From the IMG/VR virus record IMGVR_UViG_3300038701_001282, positions 3,939 to 67,938 of that record: a stretch of DNA of 64,000 bases. The stretch is one strand, 5' to 3'. Position 1 is the first letter of the stretch. Every line of letters starts with the position of its first letter. Source of the stretch: a virus. Shown piece after piece: positions 39,594 to 49,001 of this stretch. The translations under genes and the position numbers were made by a program. The notes below the pieces were generated by a model that did not search any database, was not told the DNA's origin, and was given only the letters and a program-made list of their open reading frames with translations.

Positions 39594-39622
39594 ATTATAA
39601 CATGGAAATCCCGATTTGTCAA
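39594..39622 (-). promoter_or_regulatory. consensus sigma70 promoter (leftward)
   Basis: minus strand TTGACA-17nt-TATAAT with TG. Confidence 0.8.
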
Positions 39623-39759
39623 ATCTTTTTTATAGAATATTTTAGCATAACCAGTAACCACGGGGCCTACAGACCTGAAAAAATATCTAATTGGCATAAT
39701 AATCAACAAATAAAGGTGTAATTAATTTAGTATATAACTTATCGATCTAAAAACAGTAG

Positions 39760-39788
39760 TTGACAAATAGCCATTCTCGTGTTATACT
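39760..39788 (+). promoter_or_regulatory. sigma70 promoter for packaging/morphogenesis operon
   Basis: TTGACA-17nt-TATACT with TG extended -10. Confidence 0.8.
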
Positions 39789-39821
39789 TGTAGTATAACA
39801 ATAAAGAAAGGCTTATTAGAA

Positions 39822-40133
39822 ATGACTGATTCTAAATCCAATAAGTCTCCACCAAGGCGTGAAAAGTACTCCAAAGCAGAGGAGGGCGCTGTTGATTACG
39901 TCGTTCAAGCGTACTTCTATGGTGGAGCATATATCTCACCTCACGCATCTGGTTCTAATCATTTAGACATAATTCAAGAATCCTCTGGAGTATACTCTGT
40001 AACAGAATTAGATAACATACACCTTGAACCGGGGTTAAATTTCTGCAGAGAAGAATTAGATTATAAACCTCCTTGGATATCTGAAGATCTTTTAGATTAC
40101 TCTCTTAGAGGTCTTGATGCAATAAAACTATAA
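39822..40133 (+). CDS. hypothetical protein
   Basis: first ORF after promoter. Confidence 0.55.
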   Translation: MTDSKSNKSPPRREKYSKAEEGAVDYVVQAYFYGGAYISPHASGSNHLDIIQESSGVYSVTELDNIHLEPGLNFCREELDYKPPWISEDLLDYSLRGLDAIKL

Positions 40134-40210
40134 CATACTGTTGACTTATAGAAAAAAATTATCTATATAATTACGGTACGGAGATTAATACACACAAAAA
40201 GGAGGTATTT

Positions 40211-40618
40211 ATGCCCAGATTTAAAAAAGGCCAAAGCGGCAACCCAAAAGGTAGACCTCCTGGCAGTAGCAACTCCATCCCCTCAGAAAAAGAAATTATC
40301 GACTCTATAAAAAAACTTAACAAGTCCGCAATAAACAAAATTGCAGAAGTCCTCACAGGAAACAACGAGGATAGAGCTTTTAAAGCAGCAGTTAAGATTG
40401 TTGATATAAACTATAGCATTGCCGTAGACGAAAAGAAAGAGAAATCGCTTAATAAACGTAAGATAGAAAAAGTTAAAGAAGAAGAAGAGGCTGCTGCCAA
40501 AGCAAAAGAGATTGAAGAGGAAAGAAAAGAAAAAGAATCTTCAGAATCTGAAATGACTGTAGAGCAGACTGGCCCTAAATCTAAAGTCTTACGATTACCA
40601 TCAAATTTCGGAAAATAG
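40211..40618 (+). CDS. terS: terminase small subunit (DUF5681-type N-terminus)
   Basis: MPRFKKGQSGNPKGRP motif, GGAGG RBS, upstream of TerL. Confidence 0.8.
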   Translation: MPRFKKGQSGNPKGRPPGSSNSIPSEKEIIDSIKKLNKSAINKIAEVLTGNNEDRAFKAAVKIVDINYSIAVDEKKEKSLNKRKIEKVKEEEEAAAKAKEIEEERKEKESSESEMTVEQTGPKSKVLRLPSNFGK

Positions 40619-40685
40619 CACAGCCTGGTAGTGCACTCGCTTTGGGAGCGAGGGGTCATAGGTTCAAATCCTATTTTTCCGACCA
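40609..40685 (+). tRNA. tRNA-Pro(TGG)
   Basis: CGGAAAA/TTTTCCG acceptor, GCAC/GTGC D arm, loop TTTGGGA, TTCAAAT T loop, encoded CCA. Confidence 0.95.
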
Positions 40686-40703
40686 ACCAACTTAAGGTAG
40701 CCT

Positions 40704-42350
40704 ATGTATTCATCTTGGGAGAAGGTTACTCCTCAACCCGGAAAACAAACTCTTGCCATGTCTCTTGTAGGTAAGGTGGATTTCATGTTGTGGGGTGGAA
40801 GTAGGTATGGAGGGAAAACTGAATTACTTACTATGATCCCAACAATGTTCTGTGATGATGCATATTATCGTGGAATTTATTTCAGAAATACATATGGCGA
40901 GATCACTGGAGCAGGCTCATTATGGGACAAAGCAGAAGGTATTTACCCACTTTTCGATGCAACTAGCAGGCAGAACCCGTTACACTGGAGATGGCCTTCT
41001 GGTTGTCAACAATACTTCACATACATGGACGCAGAAGGAGATAAGGAATCTCATCGTGGTAAGGGGTACAGTTTTGTTGGGTTTGATGAAATAAATAAAT
41101 TTAGTAAAACTCAAATAACTTTCATGTTTACATGCCTTCGTTCAGAAGCTGAGGTAGATGCAACAATGATAGGGACTCTGAACCCAGATCCAGACTCTTG
41201 GTGTTTAGAATTAGTTGAGTGGTACTTAGATGAAGAGGGGTTTCCTGATTTAGATAAGTGTGGAACTATCAGATATTTTATCATAGACGATAATAATGAT
41301 TTTATCTTTGCAGATTATCCTGAATGGTTTGAAGAGCAAGGAGACGAATATGAAAAATATTTGTATGTCTATGATGAAGTTGAAGATGAAACAACATATA
41401 CACCTCCCAGATCATTCACATATATCTTTTTTAATATACATGACAATCCAGCAGGTAAGAAGGCTGAACCTCGCTACTTAATGAACTTAAACAATCTTCC
41501 AGACCATGAACGTAAGACACAGTTATTAGGTAATTGGTATGCAAAACCTAAAGCTGTTTCCATGTGGGACAGAGATTGGGTAAGAGGCGAAAATGGAAGT
41601 AAAGTTTTGTCTAGATCTGATATTCCAGGAAATTGCATAACAGTCAGAGGACTAGATAAGGCCCACACAGAACCAAACAATAACAATAGGTATCCAGACT
41701 ATACTGCTATATCCCCTAAAATCAAGAAGGACTCTGATGGCTTTTATTATTTAATCGGAGATTATGATCCCACAATAAAAGACCCAGAAGTTGTTAAGAA
41801 GGGGAGTTCACAGCGTAAGCCATGCCTCGGAAGATTCAGAAAAGGCCCAGGCGCAAGAGATGCGCTTATCACCAAACAACTTAAGTTAGATAACGAGTAC
41901 GAGAAGGTAACACTAATTGTACCAAAAGATTCTGGTGGTGGTAAGTCAGATGGTATTTATACCAAGGCTAAACTACTAGAAGAGAAGATTCCAGTAGAGG
42001 AAGGAACAACTCAATCAAACATACCCGACAAGAAAATTAAGGATTTCTCTCCTTTTGCAAATGCTTGTCAAATGGGGTTAGTTCATATAGTTGAAGACAG
42101 TTTTGATCCTTACACATTAAGAATTATTTATCAAGAATTAGAAAATTTTAACGGCGAGAGATCTACCTCAGCTAGAAAAGATGACTTTGTGGATGCCATC
42201 TCAATCGGATTTAATTTTTTAATAGATTGTAGAAAGCCTTACTCAACACCTTCATTCAACACTTCAGAAGAATTGAATAAGTCACTAAGTTATGAACTAA
42301 CAAAAACAAATATATTAGAGGACTACCATGACCCAACAAAAAGATACTGA
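40704..42350 (+). CDS. terL: terminase large subunit
   Basis: Walker A GGSRYGGKT, Walker B VGFDE, TLNP, RGLDKA, C-terminal KDDFVDA. Confidence 0.95.
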   Translation: MYSSWEKVTPQPGKQTLAMSLVGKVDFMLWGGSRYGGKTELLTMIPTMFCDDAYYRGIYFRNTYGEITGAGSLWDKAEGIYPLFDATSRQNPLHWRWPSGCQQYFTYMDAEGDKESHRGKGYSFVGFDEINKFSKTQITFMFTCLRSEAEVDATMIGTLNPDPDSWCLELVEWYLDEEGFPDLDKCGTIRYFIIDDNNDFIFADYPEWFEEQGDEYEKYLYVYDEVEDETTYTPPRSFTYIFFNIHDNPAGKKAEPRYLMNLNNLPDHERKTQLLGNWYAKPKAVSMWDRDWVRGENGSKVLSRSDIPGNCITVRGLDKAHTEPNNNNRYPDYTAISPKIKKDSDGFYYLIGDYDPTIKDPEVVKKGSSQRKPCLGRFRKGPGARDALITKQLKLDNEYEKVTLIVPKDSGGGKSDGIYTKAKLLEEKIPVEEGTTQSNIPDKKIKDFSPFANACQMGLVHIVEDSFDPYTLRIIYQELENFNGERSTSARKDDFVDAISIGFNFLIDCRKPYSTPSFNTSEELNKSLSYELTKTNILEDYHDPTKRY

Positions 42351-42675
42351 CATTGTAGTTAATGTTAAAGATGCTCGTCGTAAAGGCTTTATTAAGTTCA
42401 TGTCGGAAGTAAATGAGCAAATTAAGGCAGGTAATGAGCTTATCTTAGATCCACCTAATGCCCCACGAAGCGCACCTTCATTCAGAGCACACTTTAAACC
42501 AACAGGTAAAAAAGTAGAAGCTCCAGAGCCAGTTAAGACTCCTGCAGAAAAGATTGAGGAGTTGACTGGTAAAAAAGATCTTATGGGTCTAGCTAAAGAG
42601 TTAAATATTGAAGTTCCAGAGGATGTTAAAGCTCCTTTATCAATTAAAAAATTCTTGAGAGAGAACATTAAATAA
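42328..42675 (+). CDS. hypothetical protein (HeH/LEM-like tail)
   Basis: KKDLMGLAKELNIEVP; sits between TerL and portal. Confidence 0.65.
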   Translation: MTQQKDTDIVVNVKDARRKGFIKFMSEVNEQIKAGNELILDPPNAPRSAPSFRAHFKPTGKKVEAPEPVKTPAEKIEELTGKKDLMGLAKELNIEVPEDVKAPLSIKKFLRENIK

Positions 42676-42694
42676 TTCTAATTAGGTGCGATGA

Positions 42695-44302
42695 ATGGCC
42701 GATACAGATAGTAAAGACATTAAGAAATCGGAGTCCATTGCATATACCTCTCCAGGGTTTGCAGCTCCGAATAAAACAGAAAGAGGGCAACCCCAGCCTG
42801 GAAATGGAAATCTAACATACATACAAGATCTTAAAAGAGAAGATCTTAAAATGCCTAGACGCATTTGTACTTACGATGAAATGTGTCAAACAGCATCTGT
42901 CTCTCAAGCACTTGAAGTTACTCAAATACTATCCCTGTTGGCCACAGCTAATGGTAAGTTTGTTGGAGTCAAAGGAAGCATTGAGAGCCAAGAAGCAGCA
43001 GACTTTTTAAACTACTGTATCCATAACATGAAGCATGGCACTTGGTTACAGTTCTGCACAGATATGGTTGATTACCTTAAGTATGGGTTTTCTCTTTTTA
43101 ATATCGTACTAGAAAAAAGACAGTATGGAGAGTATAAGGGAAGCATAGTATTAGATAAACTATCTCCCAGATCACAACAATCTCTTCATGGTTGGATGTT
43201 TAACAAAAAAGGCACTGAGCTTCTAGGAATGGTACAAAAGCCCCCTAGAACCAGTGCAACCTATAAGCCATCAGAGTTTGGTGGACTGTTAACATCATAT
43301 TCACTTAGCGATCTTAAAAGTAAGAAATACACACCAATCCTAAATAAAGATTTACTAAGATTTACACACAAAGAAACTAATAGAAATCCTCAAGGTAATT
43401 CACCTCTAGCTAGTTGCTATGAAGACTGGGCTGAGATGAATATTATTCAACAGTACGAGGTTATAGGGGTATCTAAAGATCTTGGTGGATTGGTTGTAGT
43501 AAGAGTAAGACAAGAGTTACTTGACAAGGTTAAGCAACCTGAAATGCACCCTGCTGATTATGCTGCGTATTTACAACTAGAGCAGCAAGTTGCCAACATC
43601 CATGCAGGTAAACAGAGTTATATTATTTTAGGCGATGAAGCTCAAGATGGTAAATACTCCTACGACATAAAGCTTCTAGGTATTGAAGGTCAAGGCAAGC
43701 AATATAAAACATCTGAGATTATCGAGAATAAGAAAAAGAATATCTATAACGCTTTTGGTGCTGGATATCTATTACTTGGTCAAGACTCACATGGAAGCTA
43801 TAACTTATCTTCTACTGCTAAAGTAACTCACTCCTTCTATGTAGAACGAAATAATGCAGAAATTAAATCCGTATTAGATTCAGATTTAGCTCCTAAATTG
43901 CTAGCAGCTAATGGGGTCTATTTGCCATTTAGTAAAATGCCTTATTTTGAGATGGCTGATCCAGACCAATTATCACTCGACGAGGCTAGTAAGTTTATTC
44001 AACGTACTAAATCAGTAGGCGCATTGACTCCCCAAGCAACTGGAGAGATCTATAAAGATGCAGGACTTACTACTGAAGGTATTGACGAATTAGACTTTAC
44101 TGATAAGGGTTCAAGCAGAGCTGGAGAAAGCCAAGGTACAAGTGGTACTGGAAATTCTCAAGATGGAGGAGTTGGATCTACCACTAACAATGAGAATGCA
44201 GTGACATCCAAGTCATTCAGGCTTGATTACGAAGATAATGAAATGTTTATAGCAGTTGATGAGACAACTGGTGAACAGATACAAATTAAAAAGGAGTCAT
44301 AG
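42695..44302 (+). CDS. portal protein
   Basis: size and position; YLKYGFS...LSPR...NPQGNSPL..CY; DSHGSYNLS (Mu gp29/DUF935-like). Confidence 0.9.
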   Translation: MADTDSKDIKKSESIAYTSPGFAAPNKTERGQPQPGNGNLTYIQDLKREDLKMPRRICTYDEMCQTASVSQALEVTQILSLLATANGKFVGVKGSIESQEAADFLNYCIHNMKHGTWLQFCTDMVDYLKYGFSLFNIVLEKRQYGEYKGSIVLDKLSPRSQQSLHGWMFNKKGTELLGMVQKPPRTSATYKPSEFGGLLTSYSLSDLKSKKYTPILNKDLLRFTHKETNRNPQGNSPLASCYEDWAEMNIIQQYEVIGVSKDLGGLVVVRVRQELLDKVKQPEMHPADYAAYLQLEQQVANIHAGKQSYIILGDEAQDGKYSYDIKLLGIEGQGKQYKTSEIIENKKKNIYNAFGAGYLLLGQDSHGSYNLSSTAKVTHSFYVERNNAEIKSVLDSDLAPKLLAANGVYLPFSKMPYFEMADPDQLSLDEASKFIQRTKSVGALTPQATGEIYKDAGLTTEGIDELDFTDKGSSRAGESQGTSGTGNSQDGGVGSTTNNENAVTSKSFRLDYEDNEMFIAVDETTGEQIQIKKES

Positions 44303-44304
44303 CT

Positions 44305-45729
44305 TTGGATAAGAAAGATCTTACAAAAGCGACTAATAACGATAAACGTAGATACTTGTCCAAAGAACTTCCTGGCGAGTTTTGGTTGTTAGATTGGGAT
44401 GATGAGTATGTTTACTTTGATAAGTACAATGCAGTAGAAGATACCATAGTAGCATACAAAGCACCTTACGTACTTGATGGCGTCAACGCTTCTATAGATA
44501 TCGAAAACAAATCAGAAGTAGAAGAAGAGACAGTATACACTGAGAAACAGCTTGAAGGCGTAGTCACTAGATTGTTTCATAAATTATTTGGAGACAGTCA
44601 AGAACAAGGCCGTAAAGTTATCAAAATGTTTGATGACGAAGAAATGGTAGTTGTAGAGCCTCTTTACGTAGCATATGGTGATATAGACGCACACAATGAG
44701 ACTTACTTAAATAAAGAAGCTGTTTATCAGTTAGTTGATTCTTTTAACGAGTCAATTGAAGAAAACATTCTTAAGTCATCTTACTTTCACACGCATGAGA
44801 CAACTTCTTTCAAGTCTGTTAGGGCATGGGTAAACAAAGAAGAGTCTATGCTAGGTGATAATCTAATACCAGCAATGCAGCCACTAGTTGAAGTACAGTT
44901 CACAAACAAAGCAGCTTTTGAGCTAAGAAAAGAAAAAGACCTATTAGGTGTAAGTATTGGTTGTAAGGCTATCCCTCACGATTCAAAAGGTGTTGAGGTG
45001 TCTAAAGATGCTTACTCAGAAAGAGACACATCAAAAGACGCTGTAACTTACTTAAGTGATTTCAACTTCATGTATGAGGGTGCTCACTTAGCTTACACAG
45101 ATGCAAGCACAGGAGGAGCAGCCAGCTTGAATAACGAATATTATGCAATTAAGACAAAGCTTAAAGCTAACTTGTCTGAAGAGCAGAAAAGAATTCTTGA
45201 AGAATCAGGGGAAGATTTTATGCCCCTTGACAAGAGTGTAGAGTCTATCCCTTCCTCTGTAATTGAAGAGGATTCAACAGGGGAGGATAAAATTAAAACC
45301 GAAAACGGAAACAGTGAGAATACTATGACCGAAGAAGAAATGCAAAAACAAGCAGATCTTGAAAAGGCTAACCAAGAGTTGCTTTCTCAAGTTGCTAAGT
45401 TTAAGCGCGATGGCATTAGTAAAGATCTGCAAAAATATGGTTTTGAAGCAGAACTGTGTGAAGAGGTCGCTGACCTTTTTGTTGCAGTCAGTGAAGACCA
45501 AGTAGATGTTCTAACTAAAGCTTTCGATGCAATCGAAGGTAAATTAGAGCAAGTACAAGCTGATCTTAAGAAAGCTAGAGAAGATGCTAAAGAACAAGAC
45601 GACCTAGAAAAGAGTCTTGAAAAAGAACAAGGTTATGCTGACGATGAGCCTGCAGAGCAAGCTCCTACTTCACTTAAAGATCGAGTGAAAGCAGCACAAG
45701 CTAAATTACAAGATAAGGAGAGCAAATAA
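44305..45729 (+). CDS. prohead protease (XkdF-like) with scaffold C-terminus
   Basis: EPLYV..DIDAH, GVSIG, HLAY, GAA; acidic coiled-coil tail. Confidence 0.85.
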   Translation: MDKKDLTKATNNDKRRYLSKELPGEFWLLDWDDEYVYFDKYNAVEDTIVAYKAPYVLDGVNASIDIENKSEVEEETVYTEKQLEGVVTRLFHKLFGDSQEQGRKVIKMFDDEEMVVVEPLYVAYGDIDAHNETYLNKEAVYQLVDSFNESIEENILKSSYFHTHETTSFKSVRAWVNKEESMLGDNLIPAMQPLVEVQFTNKAAFELRKEKDLLGVSIGCKAIPHDSKGVEVSKDAYSERDTSKDAVTYLSDFNFMYEGAHLAYTDASTGGAASLNNEYYAIKTKLKANLSEEQKRILEESGEDFMPLDKSVESIPSSVIEEDSTGEDKIKTENGNSENTMTEEEMQKQADLEKANQELLSQVAKFKRDGISKDLQKYGFEAELCEEVADLFVAVSEDQVDVLTKAFDAIEGKLEQVQADLKKAREDAKEQDDLEKSLEKEQGYADDEPAEQAPTSLKDRVKAAQAKLQDKESK

Positions 45730-46211
45730 TGCCTGACGTAGGTACAGCTAAAAAATATCTATCTCAACTAGTAGCAGGCCCAATTCCATTTGAAGGCCCA
45801 GATGTTGCTAATTTTTTCACTGCACGAGTTAACCTTACTGCTGTTGGTGGTGATGTTGATTACGTAGTTGGTACACCACTTGTATGGGACGCAACTAATA
45901 CTGGCTTTGTTCCGTACGTAGCCCAAGACATTTCAGCAGCAGGTGCTAGTACACTTCCTGACGAGTCTCCTGTGGCTATTTTTATTGGTTCTGCAGCTTC
46001 TGCAGGAGAGCCTGTAACAGTTGCTGAAGATGGTGATACAACTTGTACTGTTCTATTCCGTGGCCCAATCGCAGTTAACACTGACGGTATGGAGCTTACT
46101 GGTATTACTTCACAGAACGTATCGGAGTTTGTAGTTCAGCTAGAAAAGCAAGAAGTTAAAGTAATTTCTGCATCTACTGCTGTTACTCCATCTCACGTAG
46201 ACAACTCGTAA
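45729..46211 (+). CDS. head decoration protein
   Basis: position directly before capsid; GTPLVW, VLFRGP. Confidence 0.75.
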   Translation: MPDVGTAKKYLSQLVAGPIPFEGPDVANFFTARVNLTAVGGDVDYVVGTPLVWDATNTGFVPYVAQDISAAGASTLPDESPVAIFIGSAASAGEPVTVAEDGDTTCTVLFRGPIAVNTDGMELTGITSQNVSEFVVQLEKQEVKVISASTAVTPSHVDNS

Positions 46212-46236
46212 TAACAAAGATAAGGAATATTATAAA

Positions 46237-47316
46237 ATGACTATGACTCCTGCAGACCTAGTAAAAGCAGTTGGCCAGTCCTCTACAGATGCATATGAAA
46301 TGGTTGATATCACTCAACCAATTATCCGTAAACCATCTAAACCTGGACTTCTTTCTGCTATCTTAACTCCAAATCCAGAATACGGTAATACTGACGTATT
46401 TGAATTTGATAATATTGAGTACACAGCTCAACTACCAGAAGGTAAGTCTCGAACTGAAGTACCAGAAGCTAAGATCCGTAAAGACCTACCAACCAAAAAA
46501 TACTACGCTATTCCTTCTTTTGGTCTAAGCTACACTATGACTCCAAAAGATATCGACAAGCGTCGTAAGATTGGTACTAGTGAACTAATGAAAGCTGAAG
46601 ACCTCATTGCTGAAATGGAAATGAAACAGCAACTTGCATGGGAACTTCATAAAGAATTGGCAATGGCTCAATTGCTTACTGCTGATACTAACCTTGTCTC
46701 TGGCGGCCCAGGTACAGTTTACAACTTCTACACTGATCTTGTAGGTGGTGCACGTCCTGCTGCTACTGACATGCTTCTAGGCGGAACTCAAGACCACTTC
46801 GTACAAGCTTCTGAGCAACGCGAAGAATTAGAAGAAGAACTAGCTCGTTATGGCTTCAGCGCTGATCGTATCGCTGTTATCTGCGGTCGTACTTACTTCA
46901 ATGCTCGTCTTGAAATTGAAAAGCAAGAAGGCATTGCTCGTGAGCTTAATAACGCTAAAGATCTAGTATCTGAGATTGTTCCTGAGATTTCTGACGGTAG
47001 CTTCAATTACCAAATGTTTGAATCTCACGATGGTCTTGTTTACATCAAGTACACTGCAAATATTGCTGGTTCCAAATTAATCGCTGACGCTGATGCATAC
47101 ATGGTTCCTCTCGGCGTTACTGAGAACCTAATCACTACTGCATACGCTCCTGCTGTAACTATGTCTTACGTTAACACTACTGCTGTTCCTATGTATTCAT
47201 GGGCAAAAGAAGATGAGCGTTCTGGTATTACAGTAGCAACTGAAAGTAACGTATTGTACGCTAACTTGCGACCTAAAGCAGTTAAGCACCTTACTAGCTC
47301 TACCTTCCCATCTTAA
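46237..47316 (+). CDS. major capsid protein (lambda gpE-like family)
   Basis: size, strong codon bias, position; TAYAPA...TESN.L..N.RP. Confidence 0.9.
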   Translation: MTMTPADLVKAVGQSSTDAYEMVDITQPIIRKPSKPGLLSAILTPNPEYGNTDVFEFDNIEYTAQLPEGKSRTEVPEAKIRKDLPTKKYYAIPSFGLSYTMTPKDIDKRRKIGTSELMKAEDLIAEMEMKQQLAWELHKELAMAQLLTADTNLVSGGPGTVYNFYTDLVGGARPAATDMLLGGTQDHFVQASEQREELEEELARYGFSADRIAVICGRTYFNARLEIEKQEGIARELNNAKDLVSEIVPEISDGSFNYQMFESHDGLVYIKYTANIAGSKLIADADAYMVPLGVTENLITTAYAPAVTMSYVNTTAVPMYSWAKEDERSGITVATESNVLYANLRPKAVKHLTSSTFPS

Positions 47317-47324
47317 TATATTTA

Positions 47325-47345
47325 GGGGGCATGTAGCCCCCTTTA
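47325..47345 (+). terminator. hairpin terminator after capsid gene
   Basis: GGGGC-ATGTA-GCCCC followed by CTTT. Confidence 0.55.
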
Positions 47346-47367
47346 ACTGAATAAAAGGAAACATACA

Positions 47368-47775
47368 ATGGCTTTAGCTTTTGCAGATGCCCTACGAAAT
47401 TCGCAGCTTGACGAAATCACTGCAGATATTGATGCAGGATCAGGCGCAGGCCTAATTCGAATTTACGATGGTACTCGTCCCGCTACTGGTGCGGCTATCA
47501 CAACCCAAACACTATTGGCTACTTTAACTCTAAGTGACCCATCATTCCCTGCTGCTTCAAGTGGCTCAATGACTGCCAACTCCATCACAGATGATTCTTC
47601 TGCTGATGCTACTGGAACTGCATCTTGGTTTCGTGTAGTTGATTCAGATAGTAACTTTGTAATGGATGGCGATGTAGGTACTTCTGGTTCTGACTTGAAC
47701 TTGAACTCTACTGCTATCACCGCTGGTGTTACAGTATCTATCAGCTCATTCGTATTGAATGCTGGTAATGCTTAA
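47368..47775 (+). CDS. virion structural protein
   Basis: G.IRIYDGTRPA...LATL...A.ATGTASWFRV..SD...VMDG.VG.SGSDLNL family common in phage structural clusters. Confidence 0.75.
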   Translation: MALAFADALRNSQLDEITADIDAGSGAGLIRIYDGTRPATGAAITTQTLLATLTLSDPSFPAASSGSMTANSITDDSSADATGTASWFRVVDSDSNFVMDGDVGTSGSDLNLNSTAITAGVTVSISSFVLNAGNA

Positions 47776-48009
47776 TAATAACTAATAAATAACTAAAAAA
47801 GTGGATGACTTAAACACCATTGTGATTTTGTTGGTGGCAATAACTAATAATAAATATATTCCCCAAGACTACCCCTTCTAGCGTGACTAATTGCATATGT
47901 TTTTGTTCATTCACTTTTTAATATAGCAGTGGATACACACTGCTTATGTCAAGCAAAAAGCCAGGTAGCAGAAGTTACTAAATTAAAATAAGCATACGAG
48001 ATAATATAG

Positions 48010-48975
48010 ATGGCTATTAATGGCAAACTTGTAATGACCCAAACCCTCGATGGTGATTTAAGGGGGCAGTATGCAGATGGTGTGTTGCCTGGGCCTGCTC
48101 CAGTAGACACTAATGTTAGAGCTTACTGGGGATCTCACTCGTTAGGTGTATGGGACGCAGAAGAAGAACCAGGAAGTACTGCAGAAAGCTCTATGGGCTA
48201 TTGGCTTAATTTAATGTCAGCAAATGCAGGATATCAAAGTGCTTACACTGGGTCTTTTGGCCAGATGGATTACATTGCAGTACCTCCTTTCGCATCTTTT
48301 GGTTTTGATAATAATTCGTATGACCCTTGGCCAAGTGGAACTTATCAAGCGCAAAATTTTGACTACCACCTGATGATGGCCTCTAACTTTGATTTTGCTG
48401 GTATGACTCCAGCAGCATGGTTGTCAACTACTGCTCGATGCTTTGATTGGCAAAGAGATAATGCTCCTGACATACCGATTATTATGTATCTTCATTACCC
48501 AGAGCCTGCACAGACTCCAACTACAGGCCCTGACGAAGATATGGATGCTACTCAGTGGCAAATATATAGAGACTTTACAAGAAGTTTTGCAGTAGGAGAG
48601 TATGCACGTTGGTTTGTTGATGTACAGAACTTGTTAATTTCTACTTACCCTACATTAAGCTTCCGTACATTCCCTGGTGGCCCTGTAATAGCAGATATAC
48701 AAGAGCTAGCATCTCTAAGTAGCTTAGTTTATACGGATTACTATGCAGATGGTGCTCCTCATGGAACTAGATTGTACTTCTTCCTTGCTGCTGCAATCCT
48801 TTATCGAATGACCCATAACGAGAGAGCAGATGCTAATGGCGCATTTACTCCTCCTCCAGGATTATTACCAACAGTTGTTGAAAATAACCTTACTGAAATA
48901 TTTACAACTATAGACACACGTTTAGATTATTACGACTCACTACCTGCAGCAGACAGAGTTATAGTCTACCCATAA
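48010..48975 (+). CDS. SGNH-like hydrolase, paralogue of 1945..3375 catalytic domain
   Basis: WGSHSL...DGAPHGT...FLAAAILY. Confidence 0.7.
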   Translation: MAINGKLVMTQTLDGDLRGQYADGVLPGPAPVDTNVRAYWGSHSLGVWDAEEEPGSTAESSMGYWLNLMSANAGYQSAYTGSFGQMDYIAVPPFASFGFDNNSYDPWPSGTYQAQNFDYHLMMASNFDFAGMTPAAWLSTTARCFDWQRDNAPDIPIIMYLHYPEPAQTPTTGPDEDMDATQWQIYRDFTRSFAVGEYARWFVDVQNLLISTYPTLSFRTFPGGPVIADIQELASLSSLVYTDYYADGAPHGTRLYFFLAAAILYRMTHNERADANGAFTPPPGLLPTVVENNLTEIFTTIDTRLDYYDSLPAADRVIVYP

Positions 48976-49001
48976 CACCACTCATAATATTAGGTCTTCT
49001 T

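Noticed and set aside
36999-42350. Inteins or introns in nrdA, nrdB or terL
   Set aside because: ORFs are continuous, of normal length, with no splice motifs
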